Below are positions 1 to 13,510 of a stretch of DNA of 64,000 nucleotides, one piece after another (the first letter of the stretch is position 1; every line of letters begins with the position of its first letter). The position numbers were made by a program, and so were the translations under genes. Location: the NCBI RefSeq assembly GCF_000143415.4, contig NW_003314310.1:1-64000 (forward strand), given 5' to 3'. The notes under the pieces are model-generated. The model was not told the origin of the DNA, did no database searches, and saw nothing but the letters and a program-made list of their open reading frames with translations. The DNA comes from Selaginella moellendorffii. Taxonomy: Eukaryota; Plantae; Lycopodiophyta.

Positions 1-1425
1 CTATACCGCCCCTTGTATAGCTGGAAGACCCTGTGAAAATCCACCTGGTGATGTATCTTTAAGGATCCGACTAGCATAATCCTTCAGGTCGGCCTCCTCA
101 TAAAATCCTCCAAAGTGACAGAACATTGCAACTGAAAGTCTCTGTTTGAGTGTAGCAGAAATATTGTGTGCAACAGAAACCATATTTCCTCCTGTACCAG
201 AATAGTAGAACGTGCTTGTGCGAAACCCAGCATCGACCAACACCGGCACAAACACATCCAATAGAGATCTTGTTCTTGACCCAGCTGTAGGTGAATCAAA
301 CCTATTCACCAAGGTGTCCTGCACCACCTGGCATTCGTCGAGTATAATCGGCCCACTCCAGTCCCTCTTGTGTGTCTCGATCAAACGATCAAATACCCCT
401 TCGATCCCACAGTCACTGGATACTAACTCGAGTAGTCTATCACTTAGGACGTAGAACGGGTCATTCTTGAAGGGTAGTAACGCAAATCCAACCTGCTTAA
501 ACAACCAGTACTTGGCCCAAACCTGAGGTGGCATGCTTCCTGCTACCTCCTTCAACTTGTCTAAGATGAAGAATCTGCTGAGAAGAACAGCTTTGAAGCA
601 GCACCGCGTCACGCGCATCGGAATTGACTGGTTTCCTGGATACAGAACCATTAGCCGACTAACCAGCGCATCCAAGTCTGCAGAGCCCTCCGATCCAATC
701 CGTCCCATAGGAACACCAACAAAATACAGAGCCAAACGGTCGACTGCAATCTCATATAGTGTTCGAGTCTTTCCAGAGCCAGAAACATCGAAAAGGACCA
801 CCAGGCCAGGACGGGCTATATCCACTTGATCCAGAATGTATTTGGAGGCCGGAAAAGCCTCCTCGAGGCAATGCCAGAGAAGGCAAGGTTTACGACTGCC
901 AGGAGCTTGAGGAACCGTCCCTTTGCAAACGTCTGGATAGCTGGCCTTCAAATCGCTTGGCTCAAGAAGTTCTCGATCTGCTCTATGTATCTGGTTCCAT
1001 ACATGGTCCAAGATACCTTGCACATCTGCTTGATCACATAGAAGGAGACCAATGAACACACAAGTAACGCTTCGTCAGTTCACCAGAGAACATCGTAAAT
1101 CTTACCAGAATCAGTGGTAGGAGCTGAAGGCGCTGCAAAAACAAAATTTGTCAGCGATGGAAGAACAAGTCAAGACCAAAATCCAATGCCTACCCTTGAG
1201 TAAGATAAGTTTTTCTTCCCTCAGCTGGTTCTCCTTTCGCCTCAGCTGGTTCTCCTTTTGCCTCAGGTGGTTCTCCCTTTTCCGCCAGTACCGCTCCTCC
1301 TCAGCATCATTTGTTGCCTTCAGCTGCTCCTCAGCCTCACATATTTGCTTCTCGACTCCCTCTATTTGCCTTTCAAGGCTGAAAATCGGCCCATCCACAG
1401 GCATGGGCTCAGATCCAGACGCCAT
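1..1425 (-). CDS. Crinkler (CRN)-like protein: N-terminal coiled-coil repeat header plus P-loop NTPase; 3 exons visible, runs off the window start
   Basis: Walker A-like FDVSGSGKTR, following GSEGSAD motif and Walker B-like IILDECQ in ORF 1..1059. Header LRQKENQLRRKENQLREEK in ORF 1111..1431. GT-AG introns at 1193-1133 and 1105-1029 join exons 1425-1194, 1132-1106 and 1028-1 in frame (LLK-APSAPTTDS-ADVQG). An upstream exon is possible. Confidence 0.6.
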
Positions 1426-3665
1426 CCCCACTGCTAACCCTAGCTATGATGCAACTCAACGGTTCAGATCTCATGTGAATATTCCAGAATCAGACTTCTT
1501 AAGTGTAAATTTTTAACTCTTTATATTCTGAAGTTTTAGCATTAAAATAATCTATCTCACCAGAAATTTAAATCTCTGTCAAATCACAAATTTTATTGTT
1601 TTATTAGTGTATTATTGATTGAATGGATTGAATACCTGTTTACAATGAAGTTAGAATGGAAGATGAAATATACCTTGTGGTGGTTATTCTATAATATCTT
1701 GATCCTTTTCAGATTTCTCCTCTATTTTTCAACTGTAATACTCAAAAACATAGTCATGAAACTTTTGAAGTAAAATACATTGCAAAATTTAAGACCACTT
1801 TTGATGATTCAACAAAATTTTATTAATTAAAAGTTTTCCTACCAATTAATTTCACTGCCACGAAAGAACCTTTGGGTTACAATGGAACAGGGATTATTAA
1901 AGCTCAATTCATTTGATTGGCCAAAGTCAAATAACTTCCTCTAATGGAATATGGGCCTGAATAAACTTTGATGTTATAATTATATATAAGTTTTTACATA
2001 AAATATATACAACAACTTAATTTATTAATATTTTTTGTTTGCTTAAGCAAACTTGTGAGGTGGTAATGAATACACCTAAAATATGCTTGAATATTCTTTT
2101 CTCAGTCATGAGAAAAAAAAAACCCCATTCTAAAATAACTAGAGATACCTGTACAAAACCTACCATTTAGGTTCCTAGTGCAGGGACTTTGGTGCCAACA
2201 GATAGCAAATTGTCTGGCCACAAATGTTGTCATTCTAATGTTTAGTGGTTGTAAAACCTGAAAAGCCGCTTTTGTGGCTTCAAGTACCAGTTCAGAAGCA
2301 AGTGAGCCTCAAGACCAAACAAGAGAAAGTAGCAATCTTGGTGGTGACATTGATCTCCACTGATCACACCTGAAATCCAAATTATTCACCTCTGAGTCCT
2401 ACCACCATTGCAGGGTTCAGCTTGGTCATGTGCTCCAACTTGAGCGAGCACAAACTGCTTTGCTCTAGACTTTAATAATGTTTCACTTTTCTTCCCAGTG
2501 GTGCAAGTCTCGATCGTTGTATGTAGCTGAACATGGTGCTCATGCTCAAAGACAGCATATCAATCCACCTTGGCCAACTTACTTCACAAGAAGCTTCAGT
2601 GCTCATCTTCTATCATCTGTGGTGCAGATGTTTTGCAACTGACACTGCACTGGGGCTTCCCTTAGCCACAAGCTTCTCCAGCAGAGCCTTTTTTTCTTCT
2701 CCTCCTGCTTCCACTAATTGTCCTCTTCTGACATGGTGTCTGGCTCACTGCATCCCTTGTTCTCACCCATCTTCAACCCTCACAAGGTGATTTGCCTCAG
2801 TTGTTGCCCCTCAGCATCAAAGCACTCACAAAGCTCAAACTCCACTACTTGGATAACTACTTTGACATAATAATTCGGCAATTGACTTGACATTCTCTGC
2901 TGTAGTAGCTTCTTCAACCCTAGAAGTACTTCTTGAGTTGTCAGTCCATCACCATAGATGGATCAAGCTACACTGCCAAGATTTGTTCTGGGTTCTTGTT
3001 TGCAGTTCCAGCAGCAGTCTCCAGCTGTTCAAGCATCACTCACCAAACTTCTCTTAAACCAGTTGAGTTTCATTTTCAACTCATCAGAACTCTTCCTGAT
3101 TTGAGTTCCACAAAACTCTAGCCAAACTGGGTGATATTGCACTCCCTGCCCAAGCAAACCAGCCATTAGAATTGCTTAGCAGTAAACAATGTTGCAAGCT
3201 CTCCTGTCCATCACCTTTAAAGGTCAGTTGAGATAGTCAAGTCTAGACAAATGAGCAAACATTTGCAGTACAAATTATTATTTCTTCTTGATAACACTCT
3301 TTCCAAAAAAGTATATAATGTAACTTCTTTAAAAACAAATGTAGCTTTATCAACAAAAGCCAAGATGTTACCTTTACCAAGCTGTAAGCTTCCTCCCTCA
3401 AATAAAGGTTATTTAGCTGTTTCTCCAGATTGATTAAGTTTGTAGAAACTAAGAGTTTAATACACCCATTACAAGCTAACTCTCAAAGAGAGTTGGCACC
3501 ATTGGGGTCGGTGGACTCTTGTGTTCAAAAAGCTTGATCAGATCCAAAGGTATAAAAAGCATTAATGACAGTACCTTACAATTAAATAAAAAAGTAAAAT
3601 TACATCAAAAGATGAGATTAAAGCATCTTACTTGTCTTAACTTGCACAAGAACAGGAATAAGGAT

Positions 3666-4010
3666 CTTAACGGGCTGTGGCTCGCCCGTTAAATTGATTT
3701 AACCGTTGGCAGCTGTCGGATTGAGCCAGGTTCTCTGCGAGAACGTAGCTGACAACTGCCAGGTTCTCCAGAACCTAGCTGCTAGCTGCCAGGTTCTGGA
3801 GAACCAGGCTACCAGCTGTCAATTCTGGAGAACCCTCTCATCCTCCAATAACGTTATTCCACGTGTCTGTTAACGGTCTCACCACAGCCCGTTAAGGCTG
3901 TTCTCGGGCACGGCCTCGCTCGTTCCCTCCAGAACGCGCTCGCCGGGCTAATGCCCGGCTCGCCCGTTCTGGGCGGGAACGTGCTCGCCCTACCCGGGAA
4001 CTGCCTCATC
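3666..4010. repeat. GC-rich structured segment: 15-bp inverted repeat enclosing short direct subrepeats; probably the terminal/LTR region of a mobile element
   Basis: CTTAACGGGCTGTGG (3666-3680) versus CCACAGCCCGTTAAG (3882-3896); repeated GCCAGGTTCT-N-AGAAC units at about 3725-3835; repeated CTCGCC units to about 3990. Confidence 0.45.
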
Positions 4011-4144
4011 AGGTGTTGCGAGGTGACCATGTACACACAGTATTTTATAGCCTGCTGGTCCCCCAACCGTTAAATAGTGCCAAAAAGAATGGAGAACAAG
4101 AGGCTTCTCAATATGCAGTAGAACGCTGTGTCTGATCCTTCTGA

Positions 4145-5190
4145 TCAGACACATGAGCAAAGAGCTTCATAGCAAATCATGTGTACAAACACATGACGAA
4201 CTGCCACGGGGAGTGATCTAGGATGCCACGTGGCGATGACGTGGAGCGACTCTGGGTCAATGAGTATACCAAGACTATCTCGGTGCTGAAGAAAACGATC
4301 ACGAGCCAATGGCTTGGTGAAGATATCAGCCACCATGTCTCCTGTAGCACAGTATGCTAGCTCAAGAATCTCTTCTTCAATCTTCTCACGAACAAAGTGA
4401 TGATGAATATCGAAATGCTTGGTGTGGCAATGGTAGCGAGGGTTAGCAGCCAGGGCGATGCAGCTCTGGTTGTCACACCACAGCCTCGTTGGACCTTGCT
4501 GTCAAATACCAATCTCCGCAAGTAGAGCCCTGAGCCAAACGAGTTCTTTAGCTGCGTGTGAGGCAGCCAAGTACTCAGCCTCTGTGCTCGAAGTTCGATT
4601 GCTTCTTGGGACTCCAAGAAACCGCTGCACTGCCCAAATTGAAAATGTAACCTGATCGTATTGCTCTCTGCTGCCCAATCAGCGTCACAAAAGCCTTGAA
4701 GCTTGAGCTCCCCGTGGTAACACAAGCCAAGCTGAGTGGTGCCTCGAAGATACCTGAAGATACGTTTAACCGCAGCCCAGTGAGACGGGCCAGGGTTCTC
4801 CAAGAATTGGCTAACTCTGCTCACGGCAAACGCCAAATCAGGTCTCGTACACCCTGCCGGATATAGCAAGCTGCCAACGGCACTGCGATAGGGAATCTTC
4901 GCCATAGCAGCTTTCCCTTCTTCCGTTGCCGGAGACATCTCTTTCGTCAATTTACAACCAGGCTCCATTGGTGTGGATGAGAGTTCTCCATGCAAAAGCG
5001 AGAGAGTATGTCTCCAATGTACTTGGCCTGATGAACATAGATAATTCCCTGTGCACGGTCACGGAGGAGCTCCATGCCAAGAAAATATCTTGCTGGCCCT
5101 AGTGCCTCATCTCGAACTGAGTCGACAGGATCTTCTTCACCTGGGCAAACATGGCAGCGTTGTTATGAGTAACCAGATTGTCATCACCGT
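4145..5190 (-). pseudogene. Ty1/copia pol fragment (RT C-terminus and RNase H), frameshifted and 5'-truncated
   Basis: Motifs STPM, YRSAVGSLLY..CTRPDLAFAVS.VSQF, HWAAVKRIFRYLRGT, GFCDADWA and MVADIFTKPL. Confidence 0.92.
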
Positions 5191-5529
5191 TGTAGCGGGA
5201 TAAATGGAGTGTCCACGCGTTTCTCCTTGCAGTCTTAGTGGTCTCCTACCTTGTGTGATAGTTTGAGTGTCAGGGTCAAGATTGAGCGTTGCATGCCTCA
5301 TTTCTGATGCCAGTACTTCCCTAACCTGTTGTGGTTCACTCCCTCCAGCTGCTACACAGAATTTGGATCTATGAACTTGTTGGGTGATTGTGTATGGTCT
5401 TCGAACTTTGCTCTGCCTTTCCCACCCAGCACTCCACGTTGTATGACTTTTAAGAACACCTGGTCTCCTACTGCAAATGGATGTTTGGTTATCCTCTTGT
5501 TGAAATTTCTGGAGTAGCGTTCCTGGGAT

Positions 5530-6330
5530 CACAAAATATTGGTCTTGGCCCGCTCAGCTCTGCTCTTATGGGATCTGACCATTTCCTCCACATACTTTAT
5601 GAGATCAGGGCTCTCCTCCAGTACTGGTAAGTCTGGCATGGGATGATGAGATTTCCTTGGTGCTCTTCCATAAAGTAGCTCAAATGGTGAGAATCCTGTG
5701 GACTAGTGCCTGGATGTTCGGTATGCAAATAGCAGCTGTGGGAGTAGTGCATCCCAGTCCCTGGGGGATAGCAAAGCATTTACTGCGATCATTTTTTTCA
5801 AGGTCTTGTTGAATCTCTTAATCATCCCGTTTGTAGAGGGTCAAAATCTTGCAGTGTGTTGATGTTTTTCGCCCATACTGTACAAAGCAAAGAGAAAGCT
5901 TTGCTACAAAATTCTGGTCCATGATCTGTGAGTATCTCCATGGGGATGCCATGTCTGAGGATTATCTCTTCGAATAACAGCTGCCTCCACTGACTTTGTA
6001 TGTAAAGCTCTCCCTTCAACCCACTTGGGTGAAATAGTCCATTGCCAGCACGGCCACCCTGTTGCCAGATGCGGTTTCAAAACTGAATGGTCCAGCAAAG
6101 TCCAATCCTATCCTTGCAAAAGGCTTTGATATGGGCAATGGCCATAATTCTGCATGTTCGACTCTATGGGTGCAAGCTTGCACTGTATGCAAGAGTTTAT
6201 GAACTTATTTACGCTTAATTTCATGCCTCTCCACCAATAGTGCTGTTTGATGTTGTCAAATACACAATTCTCAGACAAGTGGCCAGCATTCTCGAGAAAG
6301 CCAAGATGGATGGAAAGTTTCAATCTGAAT
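5530..6330 (-). pseudogene. Ty3/gypsy integrase relic (HHCC zinc finger and core)
   Basis: H..GH..IKQHYWWRGMK..V..FINSCIQC, KWVE and IILRHGIPMEILTDHGPEF spread over several frames. Confidence 0.85.
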
Positions 6331-8659
6331 TGGATGTGATTTTAGAGTTAAAAAGAAAATGTTATTATAAATTTATTCATGGGAGCTTGTTAGTTGGCCA
6401 AGTGATTTCAAATAGTCAACGCTTTTTCATCTTTGGTCTTGCTTCTAGTGTGGACCTTGTATAGCAAATGAATATGGATGGAGATGAGGACTTAGTTAAT
6501 TTTTAAATCTATTTTGACCATATGGAATGAGTTTTAGGCTGGTCAATAATGGGAGCCTATGTTTATGATCACAAGTAAGTGGTTTTTCATTTTTTAAGAA
6601 TTCCATACTAATTTACATTATAACCATTTCTTCTATAGGTTGTAGTGCAACTTGATTATAACTATAGCTAAATTCAAAGTTTAAGATTTCCAAGATCAAA
6701 CAGTTTTTTGGACATATATGTCCAAAGTTGTTAAACAACGAACCAAGAAGAAATCCAACTTCTATGATTTCATGATAGATGTTGTTAGTGCTAACTAATT
6801 GGCTGTACGACAAGTATTTGGAGGTGATAAAAGTCAACCATTACAAAGTAGAGAGAAGAGTTGTGAGTTTCATTGGGCAAAGAGTGTCAAAGAACATTAC
6901 TGATGCATTAAGTCTAACTTTTATCACGAGTTCAAGCAGCTGGGAAGCACATGGTGGGAAGTTCGAATGTTTCAATAGGGCCATTATATTCTTAATGTAA
7001 GTTTTCTCTCACTTTCTTTTCTTGTCATATTCAAATGTTGCATTTTTCCTAGGATTAACAACTTGATGACATTGCATTTACATTAACAATTAATCTCTCT
7101 GAGAGAAAATATTGGAGTTGAAGAGCTTCCGAAGCAGGGAAAGGAAAAGTGTCCCTCTATGAAGCTATATTCTCTAACTTCACTAGATCTCTTGAATAGT
7201 CATCAAAAGCTTTGGCTGCACAGGAAACAAGGTTTGCTAGTACAAGTCCAAATTTAGACAAGCTTCGAGAGCGGGTTGGTAGAAAGACAACACCGATAGC
7301 AAGGTCAATGTCTAAAATGGTGGAAGAAGTTGTTACTGGAACTCCTATAGAATTAAAGTATGAACCACTTAGAGACATGAGGATAGCCTATATGAAATAG
7401 ATATTTGATGGGCCTAACATCACTTTTTTTAGCTCTCACCGTCCACAGTTTAACTACCATTTTGTTCCACAACACCAGAGAAGAACTAAGAAATATGGAG
7501 TAGAGGATGTGCCAATTGTTACACAAGTAAATCTAGCATCAGAGGTTGAGAAGTTCCCAACCTTAGTCTTCTATTCATCCGACAACTCCACTAGATCATT
7601 GCTGCATGCCTCCCAAAAGAACAATGGCTATGACATCCCTAAAGGTTCTACGTGGTTTATCAATGCTTTCTATAGGACACAATCCAAGAACACCAGAATG
7701 ATTGGGAGTCAAGGTCAGTGTCTTGCATTTATGCGCTTGGGTTCAAATTCTTCAATAGTACCATATTTCTGGGGCTATCAAGATCTAGGGGTAAAGGGCC
7801 GTCAGTCAAGTTGGATTTACTGTTGTGCGATTGATGTTACTCATACAAACCAGATCCACAACTCAATTATCTTGAAGCTAGATTCTATATTAGAGGAGTG
7901 GCCAGTTGAGTGAAGCTATAATCTTTTGAAAGAAGAGATTAAAAGTTGAGAATAGGGGAAAGGTATATTTAACCTATAAGCACATCTATTACATTATTAT
8001 GCAAGAACTAAACCAAGATCCTAAGATCAACTATCACATCCACTAGGCAAGCCTTACAATTGCAGAGCTTAAGAACTGTTTCTAGATTATTTTTAGTGTT
8101 TGGATCTATATTTATATTTGTATTTTATTGGTCGAATTTACTTGGAAATATAGATTAAATCAAAATTTGAAAAATAAAAAGATGTTTGGGACAAACTAAT
8201 GTTTTTCTTGTGTTTGAGAAGTCATGAGCTCAGCTCATGAGCTTATCTCATGAGTTTATGAGCTCAAAACCTACCCAGGCTCATGAACACGATGATGGAG
8301 TTTTAGTCTTTGTGATGTAACATGATCAATTTTCTACATATAAATTGGACAACCTTGTGCCTCAACTTCTCCTCCATCCACTTTGCATCACTACATTCAC
8401 TTGGGCTCCAGGAAGAAAATATGCTTGACTTAGAGAACACTATTTTCATAGTGCATTTAGAGAGTCACTTTCTTGAGATAGATTGACACTTTACAATACA
8501 TTTTTATACAGCTAAAGGTGCTAGATCCAGTTCTTTTTGGCTAAAAAATTCCATACAACTCTATTGACAAGAGCAAAATTCATATGTGTTTTCAAGGAGT
8601 AATGGTTCCTAATCTTGTGGAGCGCAAGGCCCATCTAGATGAGGTAGTGTTATGACATG

Positions 8660-11600
8660 CCCATTTAGAGAGTGTGAGAGTGAGAGAGAGAATATTCTAA
8701 TTCCTAGAATATTCCTCATCCTCCTTATATAAAACCCTTAGGCACATTGAATAGGTCTTCAGCTTTTCTTTTTGGCAAGATATGACACTCATTAAGTTGT
8801 GCAATATTTGAGAAGATACAACATTTCTTAGCTTTGTTTAGTAAACATTTTGGGGTTTCTCCTTTCTTGCCTAGATTCTTGGCCTAATTTCTCAAAATAG
8901 TGCATTTGAGTTTGTAGATTTGACCTATATTTATAATTAAAGGTGATTCTTGATGCTAGATTTAGGCAAATTCATGGCATGTATAAGGATTTTCATCTCT
9001 AGCTGGATAGGGGCATCTATGCAATAGGAATTTATGCTTTTTTAGGCTTTGTTTTGGATGCCATTTGTTTTTGGAGGTGCTTCTAATTCTAGGCTTTCTA
9101 AAAATATCAACAAAACCTTGATATCAATATATAATGATGACATGCAGATGTTTTTCCAAAAAACTGGTGTTCTAAGCTATATTTTCTTGGATCTTGTGGT
9201 ATATTGAAACATTTTCATCACAAATCCTTGAAATAGTGTGGTAGAGAGTGCTAAGCTCATTTCAATAAGCTTACTTATAGTCAAAATGGTGAAGGATGGA
9301 GACTAGGGTATTTATTTTTCTCTTTTAGGCTAAACTTGGGTGAGAGTTTCTTAGGAAAGAAGCAATCTTCATAGGAGTAGGAGTAGGCATAGAAGTTGGC
9401 ACAAGAGTACGAATTGGTGCTAGAGTCGGTAGTAGTAAGTGCAGAAGTTGGCGCAAGAGTAGGAGTTGGCACTGGAGTAGGTGTAGGAGTAGAAGTAGGC
9501 ACAAGTGTAGGAGCAAGAGCAAGGGGGTTACTAGTTACTGGTTACTAATTACTGTTTACATGTTATTGGTTACCAGTTACCGGTTACTGGTTACTATTTG
9601 CCTATTATTGGTTACCGATTATCACAAGATGTCAGCAATTACTCTAACCCTAAGAGTCAGCAGTTATATATGCTTTAGGATGTGTTTTGGGATGTTGAAG
9701 GAGCTGAAGCATGTTTACTAGCTGGTCTACATCTCCTTCCATTTCCAAGTTTGTCATAGTCAGTTTGGGCAACTTTGGGCAACTTGTGGACAAGACAAAG
9801 GGTTCTAAGCTATCTATTTTGGCCAAGGGCCCTTCTTTTTGTGCTTTGGAGAAGTCTACAGCTTTATTTATTCTGTCTATCTAGTTGCTTTGATTGGGCA
9901 TTTGTAGTATTTAGGGTAGTTGATGCCGGTCCAGACTATATGTGTGGCAAATTGGCACCCTTTTACCATACCTCAAGGCTCTAAGATATAGAGTAAATTT
10001 TCTAGCATCCAAAGGCAGCTTAGGTGTGACATTGCACCTTCTCTTCATCCTTGGTAGATTCTAGTGACTTAGATCTATGAGCTATGGTGCAGCTACCTTT
10101 AGCTCGACCCCAGCTCCATGTTTTACAGAAGGGGAGTGATTTGCCAACCTTCTCAAGTGTTGGGACAAGCTCTCTAGCATTGCATATCAGTCACTTTAAT
10201 TACTACAACACTACAAACATGATTGTCAATGATGATCGTATGTGCCATGATTTCTTATAGTCTCTCAAAGGAAAAGCAACAACTTGGGCAGATTTTCTTC
10301 TTCTAGAGTATCGGATGGATTCCTAGACATTACTTGCTTCTTTAAGGGAACATTTCATCAAAGAAAAACCCACAAATTGGCTACTTGTCAAATTTTTTTT
10401 GTTCCGATAGGGTGCTTATGAGTCTGTCCCCGACTACATCACCAGGTTTTGAGCATATTGGAGTGTTGGGATCACAAAGTGGTCTAAGACGAGCAGTAGG
10501 GGATCATAGCATTCACAGCAGTTTGTGTGGGAACTTGCAGCGGAAACTTACATTTAGGTCTTCCTACAAGGCATTTTTGTTTGCCAAAAAGCTGGAAAGA
10601 GAGCTGCTTATCAACCTGGGGTTTGCTAGAGTCGATTTGACCAAGCCATCACCCCATCAGAGTTGCCTTGTGCAACTACTCACCTGCCGACATCAAAGCC
10701 CATCGCCATTGAAGATACACCTCTGGCTATCAAGAACTTCACTATAAGATATGGCAGTTGAAGGAAATAATTCTTCAAAAATAGTCATACCATGAGCTGG
10801 TGGAGTCCAAGAAAGAGGCTACTACAGCTTGGGAATGTTGATTCAAGTCCCATTGTTGCACTCACTGCGAAATGAACACACACAACACATAACACTATTT
10901 CAAGATTCACCTAGAGCTTCAGCCTCCACCTTTTCAACATGCTTAACAATGTTCCTTTATTGACAACTCCATACCATCTTGTGGTCTAGAGATATACTAG
11001 GAGTAGTTGGAGCAACAAACGATGGAGGTAGCCCCTTTATCAAGCAAAAGCAAAGCACTAGACTCATCGGTCAACACAATTTTGGTAGCTGTCAGGAAAA
11101 TTGCACGACAATAAAAAAAGACCTGAAAGACTCCCCTAGGGCTTGTATTTCAGCAGTAACTACAAATCACTCATACTGAGTGTATTGAGCCTGCAGTAAC
11201 TCCTCTATGATCACGGTGATAGAATCTCAATGGCCTATAGGAGGTCCCACCATCTTTGAGCAAAAAAAACTCAAGAACTCGAGAGAGAAAACAAGAACTG
11301 TAAAAATAACTGAATGGCCGTACCTAATTTTCAAACTATCGAAAACTTAAACACCAACCAACGGCTGAGACTTTTCCAGCTAATAACTCTTCATCCACAA
11401 CTTCGATTGACTTGATTTCATCACCAAAGAACTTTGCTTGATAAGATCTTCAACTTCATAGAAAACAACTTCTTCAAATTCTCACTTCTGAAATCCGTCA
11501 CTTTTTCTCTCTCTAGACAAAATATTCCCAAGAACCTTCTTTAGCAAGCTTCTTCATTTTTCACTTTTTTCTAGCTCAGAAATATGTCAGTACTCACAAA

Positions 11601-13140
11601 AGCAACCTCAAGTGTGAAAATACAACTATATATACGGTTGACAGTAGCCAAGGAACTCTACAAATAGCAGCATCAAAGCATAGCCACTTGAGCCCAAGAG
11701 AAGAAGAAGGCGGCCACTCAACCTATTGTGGATCCCCTAGCATCGGTTGAGAGTGAATCTTTGTCTACACCAAATCCATTGGTGTAGACAAGCTCCCCTT
11801 GGAGCTTGTCTATAGTGGCTTGTAAGCTCCCCTTCAAATCACTGCTCTCCTCTCCTCCTAGGATCTCACTAACAACTATTCATGTTCCAGAGCCAGTTCT
11901 TTAGTAGTTGGTTGACAATCTTGTCACCTTTTCACTTCAAGACATATTGTGCCTTATCCCTGGATTCGGCTAGTGTTTGGAGGAGTTTGCAAGGTCAGGA
12001 ACACCAACTCTTAATAGGACTCCTCAAAAGGTGCATATCATTGACATGACAAGATATGGTGGAGATCCTGGTCCATTTTTTGTCCCGGAGCAAATTGCTA
12101 CTTACTCTTGCAAGATGGATGCTTTGGTTGACTTCAGTTCTGGGAATAACATTATATCTCTTGAAGCTGCCCTTTCTGCACAATTACAAATCACTGGGAG
12201 CTTCTCCATCATACTCAAGACCTTTGCTAATCACATTATTCCTCCAATGGGCATTTGCTGTAGTGTCAAAGTCTCAGTGCAGAGTGTTATTTTTGAGGTG
12301 GATTTCCTCATGATTAACTACTAACATCTTGGAATGTCCTTCTTGAAAGACTCTATCATCCTTGGTCACTTGTGGCAAGTCATAGCCCATTGCACCATCA
12401 ATAGCATAGAAGGCAAGAGAGTGAGGCTGAGAGATGTTGAGAGTTGTCTAACTCACCTCCAACAATGTTGATTGCATTGCATGAGAAAGCATCCATTACA
12501 TAAATGGTTGACTCCTCCGCCAACTTAGGGAAAATCTCTTTGAGCTTAGGAGGAAAGTGTGGTGTGGAGACCATTTTAGTCTAAGCCTTCTAGGCGTGCT
12601 AAGAAAGAGTTCTGCCATGGTTCTTAAGAAAGGTGGCACTATGGATTCTATCACTCTTTTCATCTTATTTGAGAGTAAGGCTGAGCCTCTAGATATTCCC
12701 TCTTTATTTGATGGTAGGGCTTATATGGTGCCGGCTTCCACATCCAGTTTTTTGGAGTGTTTCCTGATTGAGGATGGGCTTCTTGACTTGCTTGTTGCAT
12801 GGGACCAACTCTCTCTCATAGATCTTGATGATATACTCACTCCAGACCAAATCAATCTTTCATAAGATGCAACCAAATTCAATTCTTTTCAGCCATTGTC
12901 AGAGGTGTCACACAACCAACATCTTCCCACTAAAATTGTTGTAGCCAATGACTCCAAGTGTATTTTGTCATACATAATTTTGGAGACAAAGGGTAACATC
13001 TATGCACATAGCTGGCATAAAAAATCAAGCCAATTGGATGTGCTATATGTGAGTTATAACTCTTTGAATTTAGAGTTTTCTACTGTGGAGCCCCTGGTAC
13101 AGATCCATGTATATTCCATTGAAGATTTAGCCTAAGACTT
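8660..13140 (+). mobile_element. Heavily decayed Ty3/gypsy element (LTR remnant, gag, protease), related to the copy at 55000-59990
   Basis: Protease-like ALVDFSSGNNIIS..IILKTFANH (about 12100-12420) parallels 56430-56720; gag-like remnants near 10250-10600; the LTR-start-like block at 8660-8760 resembles 53470 and 61560. Boundaries approximate. Confidence 0.55.
9370..9620. repeat. Low-complexity tandem repeats (degenerate GTAGGA/GGAGTA hexamers, then GGTTACT/GTTACC heptamers)
   Basis: Directly visible periodicity; produces the spurious PTPTP and LLLL ORFs. Confidence 0.8.
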
Positions 13141-13510
13141 AAACTCAACTTCAGTGGAGGATTTTTTCTCACTAGGAGAACACTTGGCTTCAGTCTTTGC
13201 ATTGGAAATCATATGCTCAAACAGGGTTTTATTCAAAGCTACTTTTTGGCTTTTTGAATAATTATGACTGTTTAATTAAGCATAACCCTTGAACCTTTGA
13301 CCCCACCGGAGAAAAGATTTGACAACAATTTGATGCATATTCAAGTTATTAGGGCTATTATTGACGTACATGGATTAAGGGTTTTCATTCAAGCAACTTG
13401 CAGGTTCTTTGAATTCCTTCAGTTTGGGTGAGAAGCAACACAAAAGGTTTAGCCTTAGGGCCAGTAGCACCATTTCTCTCTTGTCCTCTCACTCTCTCCT
13501 TTTTGTTTCG

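Noticed and set aside
3725-3835. Heat-shock elements
   Set aside because: TTC and GAA are separated by 4 or more nt rather than the 2 nt of canonical nGAAn arrays
3990-4020. CTGATGAG on the minus strand as a hammerhead ribozyme core
   Set aside because: No stem II closed by a downstream GAAA box could be found
9281-9522. Pro/Thr-rich and Leu-rich ORFs as extensin-like or membrane proteins
   Set aside because: Translation of a low-complexity hexamer repeat inside a retroelement relic
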